DNA of 61,878 nt, the filler included. It is 13 parts of 13 records of this genome, joined end to end, with 100 filler letters (N's around TTAATTAATTAA, not from the genome) between each part and the next. Parts side by side here need not be neighbours in the genome. Positions count along the whole stretch, not along the records: positions 10,552 to 17,227 come from SRR7504441_67649; positions 17,328 to 25,371 come from SRR7504441_67674; 11 more parts are not named here. One strand, written 5' to 3'. The notes beneath the pieces were generated by a model that saw only the letters and a list, made by a program, of their open reading frames with translations, was not told the origin of the DNA and searched no databases. Made by a program: the position numbers and the translations under genes. How positions within the stretch are numbered: position 1 is the first letter of the stretch; each line of letters starts with the position of its first letter. Positions 10,955 to 23,902 of the stretch are shown here, one piece after another.

Positions 10955-11500
10955 TCATATGGCCCCACTTTCCTCGAGGATCTCCAAATAGCGTGCCACC
11001 GACATCCCGTGAGGCTTAGGCGGCAACTCCGGCACAGTAAAGCCCTCAGGCAGCTGTCGTTTCTTACACATCGCTGCGATCAGTGCATCCAGCAGCCCTG
11101 CCGCCGGGTCCCACCAGCAGCCAGACCTCGGGCACACCGATTTCCGCCCCGAATTGCGGCTGGAGCAGCTCATCATCCGACTCGTCCGCCCTCCGCACGC
11201 TGACCCGCCCAGCCTCAGTCCGCCCGGCCCCACCAGCCCGCACCTACTGCTACCCAGTCGGCTGGCGGCGAGCCACAGTTCCTCCAGCTGCCGGATGGGC
11301 ATCTGGGGCTGCTGCGGGGGTGCGCGCTGGGGCCTCTGCCGTTCGGCCGGCGGATCCGGGTGGCTCCGGGCGCTTGTGAGCCGCTCGGCCAGGAAACTGC
11401 GCACCAGATCGAACCCGGTGTCCTGGCCGGTCGGGAGCTCCGGCTGGCCCTGCCGGCTGGCGGCGAGCCGGGCCCGCCGCTTGGAGCTGCGGGCAGCCAT
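10955..11500 (-). CDS. Hypothetical protein
   Basis: 181-aa ATG-initiated ORF divergent from CLC and ending at AT-rich DNA; no recognised motif. Confidence 0.4.
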   Translation of the reverse strand: MAARSSKRRARLAASRQGQPELPTGQDTGFDLVRSFLAERLTSARSHPDPPAERQRPQRAPPQQPQMPIRQLEELWLAASRLGSSRCGLVGPGGLRLGGSACGGRTSRMMSCSSRNSGRKSVCPRSGCWWDPAAGLLDALIAAMCKKRQLPEGFTVPELPPKPHGMSVARYLEILEESGAI

Positions 11501-11817
11501 TCGGGTGGCCGTGTTTGTGAGCTCGCGCGGCGGGGCCCGGTCCGGGGCAGGTTGGCCTGGCGCACGGGCTCAGCGGGCAGACAGGCCGAGCGCGCACCGG
11601 ATCGCCGCCCGCCCGCCGACGCCGCGTCGATCAGGAAGTCGGTGAAATCATGATCGGCCATCCCTTAGCCGGCGCACGGGTTCACGGCCGCTCCACACTG
11701 CAGGCGCTGGAAGGCGGACTCCCCGGAGAGAGGTCGTTGTCGTTGGCCTGAACTTGAACAGCTGCAGCTGCCGTTTCGCCCCTGTTGCCAGGCGCACACA
11801 CCGCTCGCTCAGACACA

Positions 11818-14356
11818 ATGGGGCGAGGCGGCGGCAGAGGTGGCGGGCGCGGCGGCGGGTTGGTGGATCTGAGCCATCACATGCCATGCGACTCGAACAT
11901 CAAGAAGATCCGTTCCACGGAGTCGCACGACTACTTTGACCGCGGGCTCCCCCGGACCATCACTTGGTGCCCCCAGCCGGCCGCGGCTGGCCGATCGCTG
12001 GCTCAGGTCTACTCCGATGCTCGGGTGGACGCTCTCCATTGTGATCGGATGCATCGTGGCGACTGTCGCCTATTGGATGCACGTCTGCTACGCCGAGCTC
12101 CAGCTTGCTAGGATCCGGACTCTGAACGAAAGGCTGAGGCACGACGACGTGGCGGGGGCCTGGGGCCTGCAGCTGATGTGGATGGTCCTGCTCGTGGCGG
12201 TCGGGGTTGTGCTCACCCTGTACGCCCCTGTGATCGGCGGCTCCGGGCTGCCGGGGCTCATCTCTGAGCTCAACGGCTCCAAAGTGCCTCAGCTGCTGAC
12301 TCTCAAGACAACCAGCTTGAAGATCGCCGGAGCGGTCATGTCGGTCGGCAGCGGCCTGGCGTGTGGACCTGAGGGCCCGATCATCCACATCGGCGGCTGC
12401 ATCGGCCACCTGTGCCTCCGGGCCGCCCGCTCTATCACCGGACAGTTTGAGCTCGAAACAGATCTTTGCGACTTCACGTCAACAGGCGCCGGGGCCGGCG
12501 TGGCCGCAGCTTTCAAGGCGCCTTTGGCCGGGACACTGTTCGTGGTGGAGGAGGCCTCCTCTTTCTTCTCGATCCCGCACCTGTGGAAGACGTTCATTGC
12601 GTGCACTGTTGCCTACTTTATCTCTGTCGCCTGGAACATGATGAACTCGAAAGTTTGGCTGGAGAACGAGCACTATGAATTCGGAGTCACCACCGGGAAA
12701 GGCTGCAATTACGAGTACTACCAGCTCTGCTATTTCGTGATCTTGGGTGCAATTGGCGGAGTGATGGGGGCGCTTTTCAACCAAATGGTGCTCAAACTCA
12801 ACGAGTTCCGGCGAGACCACATCAACGCTGTCTGGTGGAAGCGGTCGGTAGAGGCCTTCTTGATTGTCATCTTCCACTGCACGCTAATTACAGTGCTCCC
12901 GATGGGGTTTGATTGCAGGGACATGACTGTTGGGAATCTGGTTGACGTGAATAAGCCTTGCAAGTGCATGGACCCCGAGATCAAGCGCCAATTTGTCGCT
13001 TTTGAGAAGATCGTCAAACAGGACCACACCGAAGATGGGTACAAGACCGAATACCAAAGCAAGCTTGTTTTTAGGACGGGACATGGTGAGACCATCGTCA
13101 CAGCCAGTTCAGATGCAACTGATTACGAGGCTGATGTTGGTGTGAATGATTATGAGTACAACAGCTGCGAGGAACACTGCCAGGACATTGAGCTCGAAGT
13201 GGATAATGCCCAGCGCTACACTTGTGAGGAGGGCCAGTACAACGAGGAGGCTACTCTCCTGATCAACTATGGTGGCAACGCAGTCAAGCTGCTGTTCAAG
13301 CGAGGCTTGCAAGACCTGTTCCATGCCGACGCGCTGATCACCGCCTTGATTGCCTACTTCCTGATGGCCGCCATGGTATGCGGCATGTGCATCCCAAGCG
13401 GCCTGGTGGTGCCCATGCTCTTCATTGGAGGTACAATGGGCCGGCTGTATGGGCTTGGGATCCGCACGTTTGACAATCACCTGGACCCAGGTTACACTGC
13501 ATTCGTGGGAGCCGCAGCCTTCATGGGCGGCTCTGGCCGTATTCTGATGTTCCTTGGCGTGGTGCTGCTCGAGGTCTCAAACGACCTGGAGATGCTGCCA
13601 CCGATTGTACTCACGCTGCTTGTGGCCAAGTGGGTTGGCGATTACTTCAACCATGGTCTGTACCACAGCTTGATTGACGTGCAGGGTCTTCCGTACATCT
13701 CAGCAGTGTTCGATACGAGCATGAGTCATCTGACGGTCGAAGATGTCATGTTCAAAGAAATCCAGAACTTCACCACCGAAACCACCTGCGAAGAAGCCTG
13801 GGGCACTCTGTGCAAGCAGTATGACGCGAACGACGACGGATTGCTCGACCCACACGAGCTCGCGGCAAATGGCGCTGGTCGTAACTATCCTATTTGCGAC
13901 CCAGTGAGTGGCCAGTTTGTTGGAATGCTGACGATTGATGATCTGCGCGAGACAGACAGCCGTGGAATGAACACGACAAAGAAGGACAAGCCCCTCGGCG
14001 AAATCATGAATACGTGCTCCATCATTGCCCGGCCACACTGGGGCCTTGCCTATGGCTATGGAGTGTTTGAACGGCTTGGTCTGCGGCACATGGTCGTGTT
14101 GGACACCTCAGGAAAGCCAGTGGGCATGATCACCCGTCTGACACTGTTGCCTTGGTGGCCATCGATGCTTGGCATTGGCCACGACGCGCACGAGCCTGCT
14201 GATGGGACTGCAGTCGAGCTCGAAGAAGGCAACCGACCCTTCAAGATGGCACAGCCAAAGATGGGAACCGACCCTTCCGATGTTGTGGTGGAGACCAACC
14301 CACTACCACCCAACGACAAAGACGAGGTGGCACCAGATGAAACCCAAAATATCTGA
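11818..14356 (+). CDS. CLC chloride channel/Cl-/H+ antiporter (CLC-6/7-like) with CBS pair
   Basis: ESHDY N-terminal motif, GSGLP, GPEGP (gating Glu), LFVVEE, GLVVP, GLY and two CBS domains. 40-nt intron at 11967-12006; start at 11818 or 11881. Confidence 0.93.
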
Positions 14357-14902
14357 GCGCACTTACAGGTCGATCCAAAAGATCCGCCACCGGACCCTGC
14401 GCTAACAAACATCACGATGTAATCAGATTGCCTCGTGGGGCAGGGCTCTCGTTTTGTTGTACTCGTACTCGTACGTACTCGTACATGGGATTAATTACGA
14501 ATTTGATTCACGTAATTAATTGAATTGGGTGCAGTTTTTAAATCAGTGTACTTGAATACTGAGTACTTGTTCTTTTTACGAGTAATCAATTGGAATGTTC
14601 CACGTGGGAAACTTGTATTTGTAATAGTGTGAATGTTCAATTCATGCCGAGTTTACAATCATGACTTTGTAAACGTTGATGCATTTACGATAATGAAACG
14701 AAGGTTTGATATTCTAGTCATCAATCCCCCCTAACCCAGATTCAAATAAGATTTTATTTAGTGAATCGACTTTGAACTCTATGAATTCTTTGAACTCCAC
14801 GTTTGCCGTGACCCGCTTCGCGCCGGCCTCCAAGTGTTATCAACATCTAGCCGAAGGTCAGCACTATCCACCACACAACCCTCCTCCTGCTCGCCCTCAA
14901 GC

Positions 14903-16498
14903 TCATCTGCAGCCACAGACAATCAGGCCGGCCGGAGCGGGGCTGGCACCCTCGTAATCCTCGGTCTTCATCTGGTTCAGCCCAAGATCCTCGTTCTCTT
15001 CATACGACCTCTCGTAGTCCTCCACAAATAGCTGACGGTCCTCCGCAGGCGCGAGCGGGTTCTCTATGAACGAGCCGGCCATCGCGTCCGCTACTATCAG
15101 CGTGAACGGGGTGTCCCCTTTCTCGAGGGTCTCCAGCTTAGCGAGGAACTCTCGGAACTTGAGCTCTGTATCTGAGAGCAGCGTATCCCTCCCATCGCCT
15201 GAGGACCCGAAAGGGTTAGCCTCTATCAAATGCTCCCGAATCTTGAGCAGCAGGCCCTCCACCGTGGTGAACATCCCGCCCAGCGTGCCCGGCTGCATCT
15301 CCAGCTCGATCTCGGGGATCTCGACCGCAGCTGAGTCCGACTTGATCACCTGCTCCCAGCTCAATCGAGGACCCACAGCCCGGCGCACCCCGCGGCGCAG
15401 ATCTGTAGGCTTCTCGAAGTTGAGCGTGCAGCGCCGGCCGAGCGGGGGGACCGCCCCGCCCGGCTTGATCTCCCTCGACTTGTTGCCGCAAAAGTCGCAG
15501 GTTGCTGACATCAGAATCACCTCGCGGAAGTGTGGCACTGCAAACTGATACATATTGCAGGTGATCGAGGCCCCACACGCCTCGCACCAGGCCGGGAACT
15601 GCATCACGGCCTCGTCCAGCTGCGCGCTCGGCTCGAACTTGAGCCAGGCCGACTCGTCGTACGTCACCTTGGGCCTGCTGCCGGCACCCTTCGGGACTGT
15701 GGCCGTGTTGAGCGGCTTGCTGCTGCTAATCACCCCGTCCTGCTCGGCCTGATCCCGCTCGAGCGAGAACCCGAGCAGGTTGTTCTGAGCCTCGGTCCGC
15801 TCGTACTTGCTGATCGCGAGCTGCGGGTCGTCCTGGCTGTCGATGGAGCTGCTGCTCACAAAGCTGTTCCCCGCTGGGTCGTCCAGGATGAAACGGAACG
15901 GGATCTCACCGGTGAGCAGCTTCTCGATCTGGAGCTTCTTGGGCGACAGGTCGTTGAGCAGCCCGAGGATGGTGTCGGTGTTCTCAGGCTGCTGCGGGAT
16001 CTGCTGCCGCCAGTTCCAGACCATCCAGTCTATCCCCTCCACCGCCTGCTGGAGCACCCCCTGGAGCGTGCTGAACACCCCGCGCTTGTGGTCAGGGTTG
16101 GGCTGTATCTCGAACTCGATCTCCGGGATGAACACGCAGCACGAGTCGGACTTGACCACCTGCCGCTGCAGGTCGGGTAGCCCCTGCACCCGCAGCTCGA
16201 TCCGGCTCCCCTGCTCCTGGTAGGCCCCGGCGAAGTCGACCGACTGGTTGGAGTGCCCGCACATCCCGCAGCTGAACGAGGCCACGATCACCTCGCGGAA
16301 CATCGGGATCGAGGTGAGCAGCATCCGGGTCTCGCCGTCGGCCGCCCCGCAGGCCGGGCACTGAGTGGGCATGCAGACCACCTCGTTGTCCCGGTCGAAG
16401 TCCAGGTTAGGGCACGACGGCCCGCTCTCCTCTCCGCCGTGACCCACATTCACCCGCAGCGCCGACGCGTCAGCTGCACCGATCGAGGCGCTGGCCAT
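14903..16498 (-). CDS. ZPR1: Zinc finger protein ZPR1
   Basis: Two ZPR1 modules (CPAC...IPMFREVI...CGMCG; CEAC...VPHFREVI...CDFCG), LQRQVVKSD, FTTVEGLL and ERSYEENEDLGLNQMKTE. In-frame 39-nt intron at 15350-15388. Confidence 0.95.
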   Translation of the reverse strand: MASASIGAADASALRVNVGHGGEESGPSCPNLDFDRDNEVVCMPTQCPACGAADGETRMLLTSIPMFREVIVASFSCGMCGHSNQSVDFAGAYQEQGSRIELRVQGLPDLQRQVVKSDSCCVFIPEIEFEIQPNPDHKRGVFSTLQGVLQQAVEGIDWMVWNWRQQIPQQPENTDTILGLLNDLSPKKLQIEKLLTGEIPFRFILDDPAGNSFVSSSSIDSQDDPQLAISKYERTEAQNNLLGFSLERDQAEQDGVISSSKPLNTATVPKGAGSRPKVTYDESAWLKFEPSAQLDEAVMQFPAWCEACGASITCNMYQFAVPHFREVILMSATCDFCGNKSREIKPGGAVPPLGRRCTLNFEKPTDLRRGVRRAVGPRLSWEQVIKSDSAAVEIPEIELEMQPGTLGGMFTTVEGLLLKIREHLIEANPFGSSGDGRDTLLSDTELKFREFLAKLETLEKGDTPFTLIVADAMAGSFIENPLAPAEDRQLFVEDYERSYEENEDLGLNQMKTEDYEGASPAPAGLIVCGCR

Positions 16499-16566
16499 GC
16501 TGTCGACTCGCGCGCTGCAGCCAGCTGGTTCGTCCGCCTGCAGCTGCAGAATTTTTTTTTGGCGAA

Positions 16567-16923
16567 ATGGTGGGGAGCCCGTCGTCGAGGATGGGGAGCC
16601 CGTCGAGGATGCGCGAGGTGCTGCGTGAGCTGGAGCGGCACGCTGCCAGGTGGGCGGAGCCCAGCCGCCCGCCGGCTCACCCGCCGGCCAGCCTCGAACG
16701 GGAGACCGACCGGCTCCGCCAGCGGAGCGAGCAGCTGGGTCGGCTGGAGGCCCGGCAGGCCGAGCGGCAGGTCGAGCTGAACGCCAGCAGCACGGCGGTG
16801 ACCGGTCGGGGGCGGGCGGCGGGGCCAGCCGGGAGGCAGGTCGGCCAGCTGAACGCGGTGGACGCCGAGTGCCGGCTGGCCCTGCTCCAGGAGGACCTGT
16901 ACGAGCTGCTGTACCGGACTTAG
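16567..16923 (+). CDS. Small coiled-coil hypothetical protein
   Basis: ATG 68 bp from the divergent ZPR1 start; heptad-rich (LERETDRLRQRSEQL...LLQEDLYELL); may contain in-frame tiny introns. Confidence 0.5.
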   Translation: MVGSPSSRMGSPSRMREVLRELERHAARWAEPSRPPAHPPASLERETDRLRQRSEQLGRLEARQAERQVELNASSTAVTGRGRAAGPAGRQVGQLNAVDAECRLALLQEDLYELLYRT

Positions 16924-17627
16924 AGACGGGCCGGCAAGCCCTGTCGCTCTGGTGCAAGCACAGAGCGCTGACTGGGCCACGCTCGAAGCAGCTGCTCCGC
17001 GGAAGACTGCGATCAGTGTGCAGGCTTCACGGAGCGATCGGAACCGATGCTCGCGGGTCCACCATCCAGCTGGATCGGCTTGTCCCGTATCTAGGACCCA
17101 TTAGCATGGAACCCCCCCTGCACCCAGTGAGGCACCGATGCGTGATTCTGGCATGGATCCTGGCGTGAGATTGTGACGTGATTGTGATCAATAATTACCA
17201 ACACATTTTGACGCGGTATATTGTAATNNNNNNNNNNNNNNNNNNNNNNNNNNNNNNNNNNNNNNNNNNNNTTAATTAATTAANNNNNNNNNNNNNNNNN
17301 NNNNNNNNNNNNNNNNNNNNNNNNNNNCCCCAACAACTCCAACTCCGCCCGCCAGCCATCGTCCACGTCCACCGCCATGTTCAAACAAAAGTGAAAAGCG
17401 CTTAGTAACTGATTCAGTTGGGAATTAATTCGTGTAGTGTGTTTAGAATAGAAGGGCTAACAAGCCAACTGAATCGCGAATAAAGGAATTTGACACTAAA
17501 ATATTCATTGTATAAACTGTCACCTTGGGCAGTCTCGTACTGCTAGTAACTATTAAACATCAACGTTGTAACTTTGAACACTCAACAAGAGTAGTCGACC
17601 CGGCTGACCAAATGTAGCTTGCTATGC

Positions 17628-20600
17628 TTATATCTGGTCAGACGGGCTGACTGCTCCTGTTGCAGCACTAGTCTGCCAGGGATATTCATCCACCGCATCC
17701 ATTGGATTGGCCTGGTCCGTGCTCGCAACCAGATCTTTCGGCGAGTTCAAGGTTGACAGTGGCGACAATGTCAATGTTGAGTTTGGAGTGATAGGATCTT
17801 CTTGAGTCGAACGGCTACTGTTGGGAGTCACGACTTGTTCCTCATCAAATAAGCACCTGCACCGCAACCATGCAGGGCAACGTGGCGCGTCATCGGCAAT
17901 GCTGCGCATCTTATCCTTGCCTCGCATAAAGTAGTCCTGCCACACACACAGCCCAGTCAGCCAAATTAGTATGTGTGAACGGCTGGGCACCGGATTGGTC
18001 CATTGGCGCCAGATGCCAAACCCTACCGTAAGCGATACCACCACAGCTAGAACAATGCCCCAGACTAGGCGGCTGTCGCTCTTCGAGCTAAAAGTGCACT
18101 CAACTAGAATCGCAGCAATGGTTGCAAATATGCAGACAGCATACCCATACCGGCGCCAATGGTTCACCCATCGAATCAAGCATGGCTGCGTGTAATACTC
18201 AATAAGAAAGATTGCCACGAGCACTGGAAGGGCCGAAAACAGCATCACTTTGTGATTGGCGTAAAGGAAGAGAGTGAGACCCACAATCAAAATTTTGCAG
18301 ACATTGAGCATCACTAAGTAAGCCGGTTGGTACTTGATATCCAACCCAGGGTCGCCGAACTGGATATGTGGGAACAGAAAGGATGCTGCTGGGAAGTAAA
18401 GCATAAATCCTACACTTGCCAGCGTTACGTACGTGATATGCACCCCCTGCCAACAATCCATGTCTGTGATGATTAGTTGGTAGTCGCTCTGATTTGTAGG
18501 ATAGACGCAAATCAGCATTTGAATCAAGCTCTTGACAATGGGGAAGTACAGACCCGCTGAGGTACATGCAAGCACAATCAAAAAAATCCCCATCAATGAA
18601 AGAACTGGCGCTTCGTTGTTGTTCTCATCCCGGCCCAGCCTTCCTTGTGGGTACTTCTCCGTGTCCTTATCGGTCAGCAGGTGCTGCCCATACCATGCCA
18701 GAACTGGATATAAGACCGCTACTGCAAAGCATGCGAAGAACATCCCAAGATATACTCCAGACCAGGTTAAAGTCAACCCCAAAGCATCAGTGATGTGGTC
18801 GTCATCCTCGTTGGACTCGTCCCACCAGATCCCCGGTTGAAATGACACTGTGAGAAATGCAGCAATATCGAGCACGACAGTGAATGAGTGAACCCAGTTG
18901 CCCGGATAGAACCAGTTCACAGCCAGTATGTCATCTGTGAGTTGACCCTTATCGTCCTGTTCCTTGAGATGGCTCAGCACTTCAACAATGTCATCATACA
19001 ACTGTTTGAGCATATCGTCTCCTTCTGCTTCAGGTGAGGCAATTTTAGCCATTGCACCCTGTCGCCTGATTTCGTCATCCTCAATGTCATCGTTGATTGC
19101 GACGTTCTCAAGAGCCTGTCGAGACCAACCAACTCAAATAAATACTTAGTACGCGAAGAGCCGCAAAACACTATACAAGATTAAGGAATAGCCTACCTCA
19201 TCGATATCTTTACCCGTCGCGCCAGCCAGATCTTTGGCGAAGATGAATGGAGCCAATTCCGACATAAACTGCTGCACTTTCTGTGGGGTCGACCGGCGAG
19301 CTTTGCTGGCTTTGCCCACATTTGCATTCTTGTGGATGTGATTATAGAAAAGCAAGAAAACTGGGTCATCCACCAGAAGCACGCCCTCCATATGCAGGAC
19401 CATTTGATCCTGTAGCTTGAAATTTGATATTACCTCCGATGCACGGACTTTGCGCCACATGCTTTCCCTTTTCCCCTTGAACACATTCGCGACCGCATCA
19501 CCAGCTTGCTCACCAATGTCACGAATCTCTTGGAACCCAGACATAAAGGACTGTCTCAGGCTCTCCTCAGCTGGTTCAGGTCCCTGCTCATCCTCTTGAA
19601 CACCTGCGCTGGTGCCCTGTGGTGCCTCCGGCTGGCTGATGCTAGAATCTCCAGCAGATTGAGGCGACATTTGGTCATCGGTCAGCTGCTCCTGAGACTG
19701 TAAATCACACATTGCTACTGTAGCTTCTATGCGCATGCACGCTTCCAGATGTTCCTTTGCAGCAACCCACTCTGGTGAGCCTTGACGGGTTCGGTTCAAT
19801 TTGTCCTGTGCAAGCTTTGTCTCCATACGTGCCTTTTTTTGCTTGAGTGAGCATTGATCACCAACTGTCAAGACCTGTATAGACCTTCTCAACTCATGGC
19901 GCAGCTGCCCCGATGTGAGCATCAACTCGTCATCAGGTACGGCCTCCTGCTGTGGAGAGGATTGCTGCTGCTCATGCTGCTGAAGCATGGCGAAATAACG
20001 CGTTTTTGCCTTTTCTAGGTCTTTCTTCTTCTGGACAATCAAGCTGTAGTCGCGTACAGCCACTGGCGCCTGCACACTGGGATCAGATGTGGCTACATTC
20101 TAAGAGCTTACCCTAATTGCGTCCAAAAGTTCCGCCTTCTCCTTTGCAACCATTTCTTTGGCTTGCTCAACACGCATTCCCAGCAAAGCTCCTGTGGAGA
20201 CTCTGACCAACCTATTATCTTGATCATCGGTCTGACTTGGAGGCGGCTGAGGAGCTGGGTGCTGTGATGAGGGACTGTCTAACACAATTCGCTCTGTTTC
20301 AGGTTGCACATCTGATACAAGCAGTGCTTCCTCAACTATGGGCTCAATGAACGCATCTCCAGCCTCGCCAGGAGGAGGTAGTGCTGAAGAACTGCGTACA
20401 AAAGAATCTCGGGTTTCAGTATCGTTCCGCATTTGATCCAGTTCAGTTCCAATCTTTGAAATGGCACCCTTGCCCAACCCATATTTGAGTTCTGCAACTA
20501 TGGTGAATAAATTCCAGAATTTGGGGAAATCAAGACCCACATGCATCTCTTTGTACATGGTCCTGAGAAATCCATGCACAAGGGTCGCATCAATTGCGTC

Positions 20601-23600
20601 ACAGCCTTCCACAATTTCGCAACAGTGCTCCTCCATCACATCCTCAAAATCCTCTTTCGTAAAAGGTGGAAGCGTTGGCATATCATCTAGAGATACCATT
20701 GATGCAGCACCGAGGGCAAATGACAATGTGTCAAAGTCCACATGTGTGGAAGCTGGGTTTTCAAAGTAAAGCATTATGACCTTGTCCAGCGCTATACACT
20801 TATTCGAGTATGCTAGATATTCAACCTCAGATGCTTCTGTGAACTCGTCGCCTACATCAGCATCTATCAGGAACTGCCGGGTATTCTGGTCGCTAACATT
20901 GAATCGGCTAGACCACCCTGGAACATCAGCGTAATAGTTAAACACTTTGCGCATGTAGGCCTGTATTGCATGATAACGCTGTGACTGTCTTCTGAGTACA
21001 GATTCTTGCAGTTTTACCAATATTTCCTGGATTCTCTGTGTAGCCTTGCCATCCTCATATGCCTTTCGGGCCCGCTTGCAACGACGCCAATGAAACCACA
21101 GCTGAATGCGTCGTGCAGCATTGAGTTGCTCGATGGTATAACCAAGCTTGCGTGCCTCTTCAATTTGCCTATCCGATGGGTCCATGGCTGCAAACTCGAG
21201 GGCTGCAGCTTCAGTGCGGGCCACATCCCCAAGTTCATCCACCTGCTTTGACCTTGAGGTGATTGTAGCGCGTAGAAGGTTGATAGCAGAATCGCTGTCA
21301 CCGGCTGCTGCAAGAGAGATTGCTAGCTGTCTGGTGGGGTCCCATTCAGCACCGTCCATCTCTGACAATACAGTGCCGTACTCATTTGTTGTGTGCGTGT
21401 ACAGTTGGCTGGCTTCTACAGCTTCGTGTTCACCACGGTCGTGTATCTCCCAATAATTGATTTTACCGAGACCATAGGCCTGAATTGCAATCGAGTCGCC
21501 CTCATCTGTACTGTACCACCATTTCTCGAAATATGCCTTCCTCTCAGTTTGTTCTTCGTCATCTTCGTCATCCTCTTCAGCTCCATCCAGCAAGTGCAAG
21601 AAATACTGTCAGCCAGCAGAGTCAGCCACAACCTCCTGCACGGTGGTACCTTGTCCACAATCCTGCGACCTATATCTGCGTTCCTGTCACTCAAGCAGTA
21701 AGTGCTACCCGTTAAAGCCGGTCTGACATGATAGCTGGTGGCTCCCTCGCGCGCAGTTTCTTGCGTATCCGATGCACTCCAACCTGCAGCCCGAGCTTGC
21801 ACCACTAGCAAACACATAGCCCACCTTAGCAATCCGTTCCTTATATATGCTGCTCATTGTGATGCAAAGTACGAGTGCCAGCCCATTCACAGTTGCAACT
21901 AAGGCCGCCAGCCCGATGGCTATTGATCCGTTGACCACAGACCCGCTATCTACGTCACCCTGAGTGGCGATAATAGGTACCAGAACTCCGAGAGGTATGA
22001 ACAGTGTCAGGCACAAGATACTGATCACACGGGGCAGGTCTGAACCCTCCTGGAGCCGTATTAGTCAGACGAGCGCAGCTCTGAGGCTGTGCCTACCTGA
22101 TGAGCGACTTTGGCCTTGTGAATCACCTTATTGACAAAGTAGGTGATATTGCTCTCAGCTTTCCACAGCAATGCGATGAAGATTCCCGCCAGAGGGACCC
22201 CTGGCAACTATGGCTCAGTCTGGGACCTGTACTGGGTTCTACCGATGCACAAGAGCAACGCAGTGGAGGAGAAATCTGAGTCATCAAATACCCCGACGCC
22301 AGCCGCAGAGAGGGCTATGATCACCACCAGTGGGAGCAGCGTGACTACGAGCAGTGGCACATACAGATAATGCCGTGCCCAGACGTTGTCTTCATCTGAG
22401 GTACCGAGCGGCTCATGGGTGGTACATGATGGCAATTGCTTGGGGATGAACGCCACCATCAGAAAAATGGGAGCAAGACAGGTGAGCCAAATCAACATTT
22501 GCACACCTCCAGGCGCATTGGTTCGGAAGCAAATTGCGGTTATCAGCGCCATGTGGCACAGCAGTAGAAACAGTACTGTGATTTGAAACGGATTCTCTGG
22601 TTCATACAGTTGGAACAGCTTTCTGTAGTCTCCTCGAACCGCCATCTTTCCAGCCTCGGCATTGTCCACTGCAACCATGTACAGGTAGAGCCCGACTAGC
22701 GGCAGGATGAACAGCAGGCCCGGCAGGAAAGCCACCAAAATGCGCACAAAGTCGCTGAGATCTGGCACCACAGTCACAGGCTTGCAAGCAGCGCAGTAAG
22801 TCACCGCTCCTGAAATGCATCACAATTGGAGCCAAAGTGGTCATTGGGATAGCAAGCACCACCGTGAACGCCAGCCAGGCTATTGGCAGCTGAGGCCCAG
22901 AGCTCACCCTAAGCCGAGGGGGGGGGACCTGGTTGGGCTTGCCCTCTGGCACGCAAGCCAATGGCCGTAAACAGACGGGCAGGTCCGTATGGTCTGTGTC
23001 ATCCCACGCGTAATCGAATGCCATAGGCGCAATAATCCACAGCACCATCGCCGCCGGGAAATAGAAAGTCACTGACAGCACTGCCAGCTTTGACTGCTCG
23101 CAATCGCCGAGCGCCTGGTACCACGGCTCGCCCACAGTGATCGGCACCGCACAGCCGAGCGCGAGCACGAACAAGCCCCGGGTGAGCTTGGGCATCATTT
23201 CGTACCACGGCACCGGCTCCGGCTCCGGCTCGGTGTCGCCGGTGTTGACCGACACCGAACTCGCGCGGTGGCTCGCCCGGGGGTGCACCGAACTCGCGCG
23301 GTGGCTTGCCTGGGGGCGCACCCCCCCCACCGAACTCGCGCGACCGTTGAGGGAAGCCTGGTATGTGGGATCGGAGGGTTTGGGCGGTTCTTCTGCCGAG
23401 AGCAGGAAGGCCCCGACGGCGACCTGGACGCAGGTCGAGCAGCAGGTGACCACCACCATCACCTGGCCGCGCCGGTCGGCCGGGGGGGCGGACAACCAAC
23501 CCACCCGCTCCTGGTCGGTGGCGCCGCCCATCCCGTATATGGCCGCCTCAATCAGGACGGCCGTCGTGAACACTGTGATCCCGAGCACCAGCCCTGAGCA

Positions 23601-23777
23601 CACCCGGGCACGGGACTCGCCGGTTCCGACCCGGGCCAGCCAGGGCGCCAGCCGCTTGGGATGCACCAGCAGGATCCAGCACGCGACCAGCGCCAGAGGG
23701 AAGACCAGGGCCAGCTGGTACCACGAGCTCACGTCGCGGCTCGGGTTGACGCAGTTCTCGGCCACCGAGAACGTCAT
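17628..23777 (-). CDS. Very large multi-exon polytopic membrane protein with IQ-like motifs
   Basis: Consecutive minus-strand ORFs (22602-23777, 22208-22804, 21705-22028, 20100-21599, 19146-20075, 17628-19052) can be linked by short GT-AG introns. N- and C-terminal TM clusters flank a soluble region with AARRIQLWFHWRR, ATQRIQ and AIQAYMRK. Could be two genes. Confidence 0.6.
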
Positions 23778-23902
23778 CTGCTTTCAGACGCTCGACGACG
23801 CGCCAGCCCAACTGGCTCCTCCGCCGACCAAGACCAACGGTATGACGAGCCAAATCTCCACAACGGTGTTTCAAACCCCGGCCACAGCGTACTTTGAAAA
23901 CA

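Noticed and set aside
16499-16957. 153-aa N-terminal extension of ZPR1 in the ORF track
   Set aside because: It is the GC-rich antisense shadow of the divergent 16567-16923 gene; ZPR1 more plausibly starts at ATG 16498.
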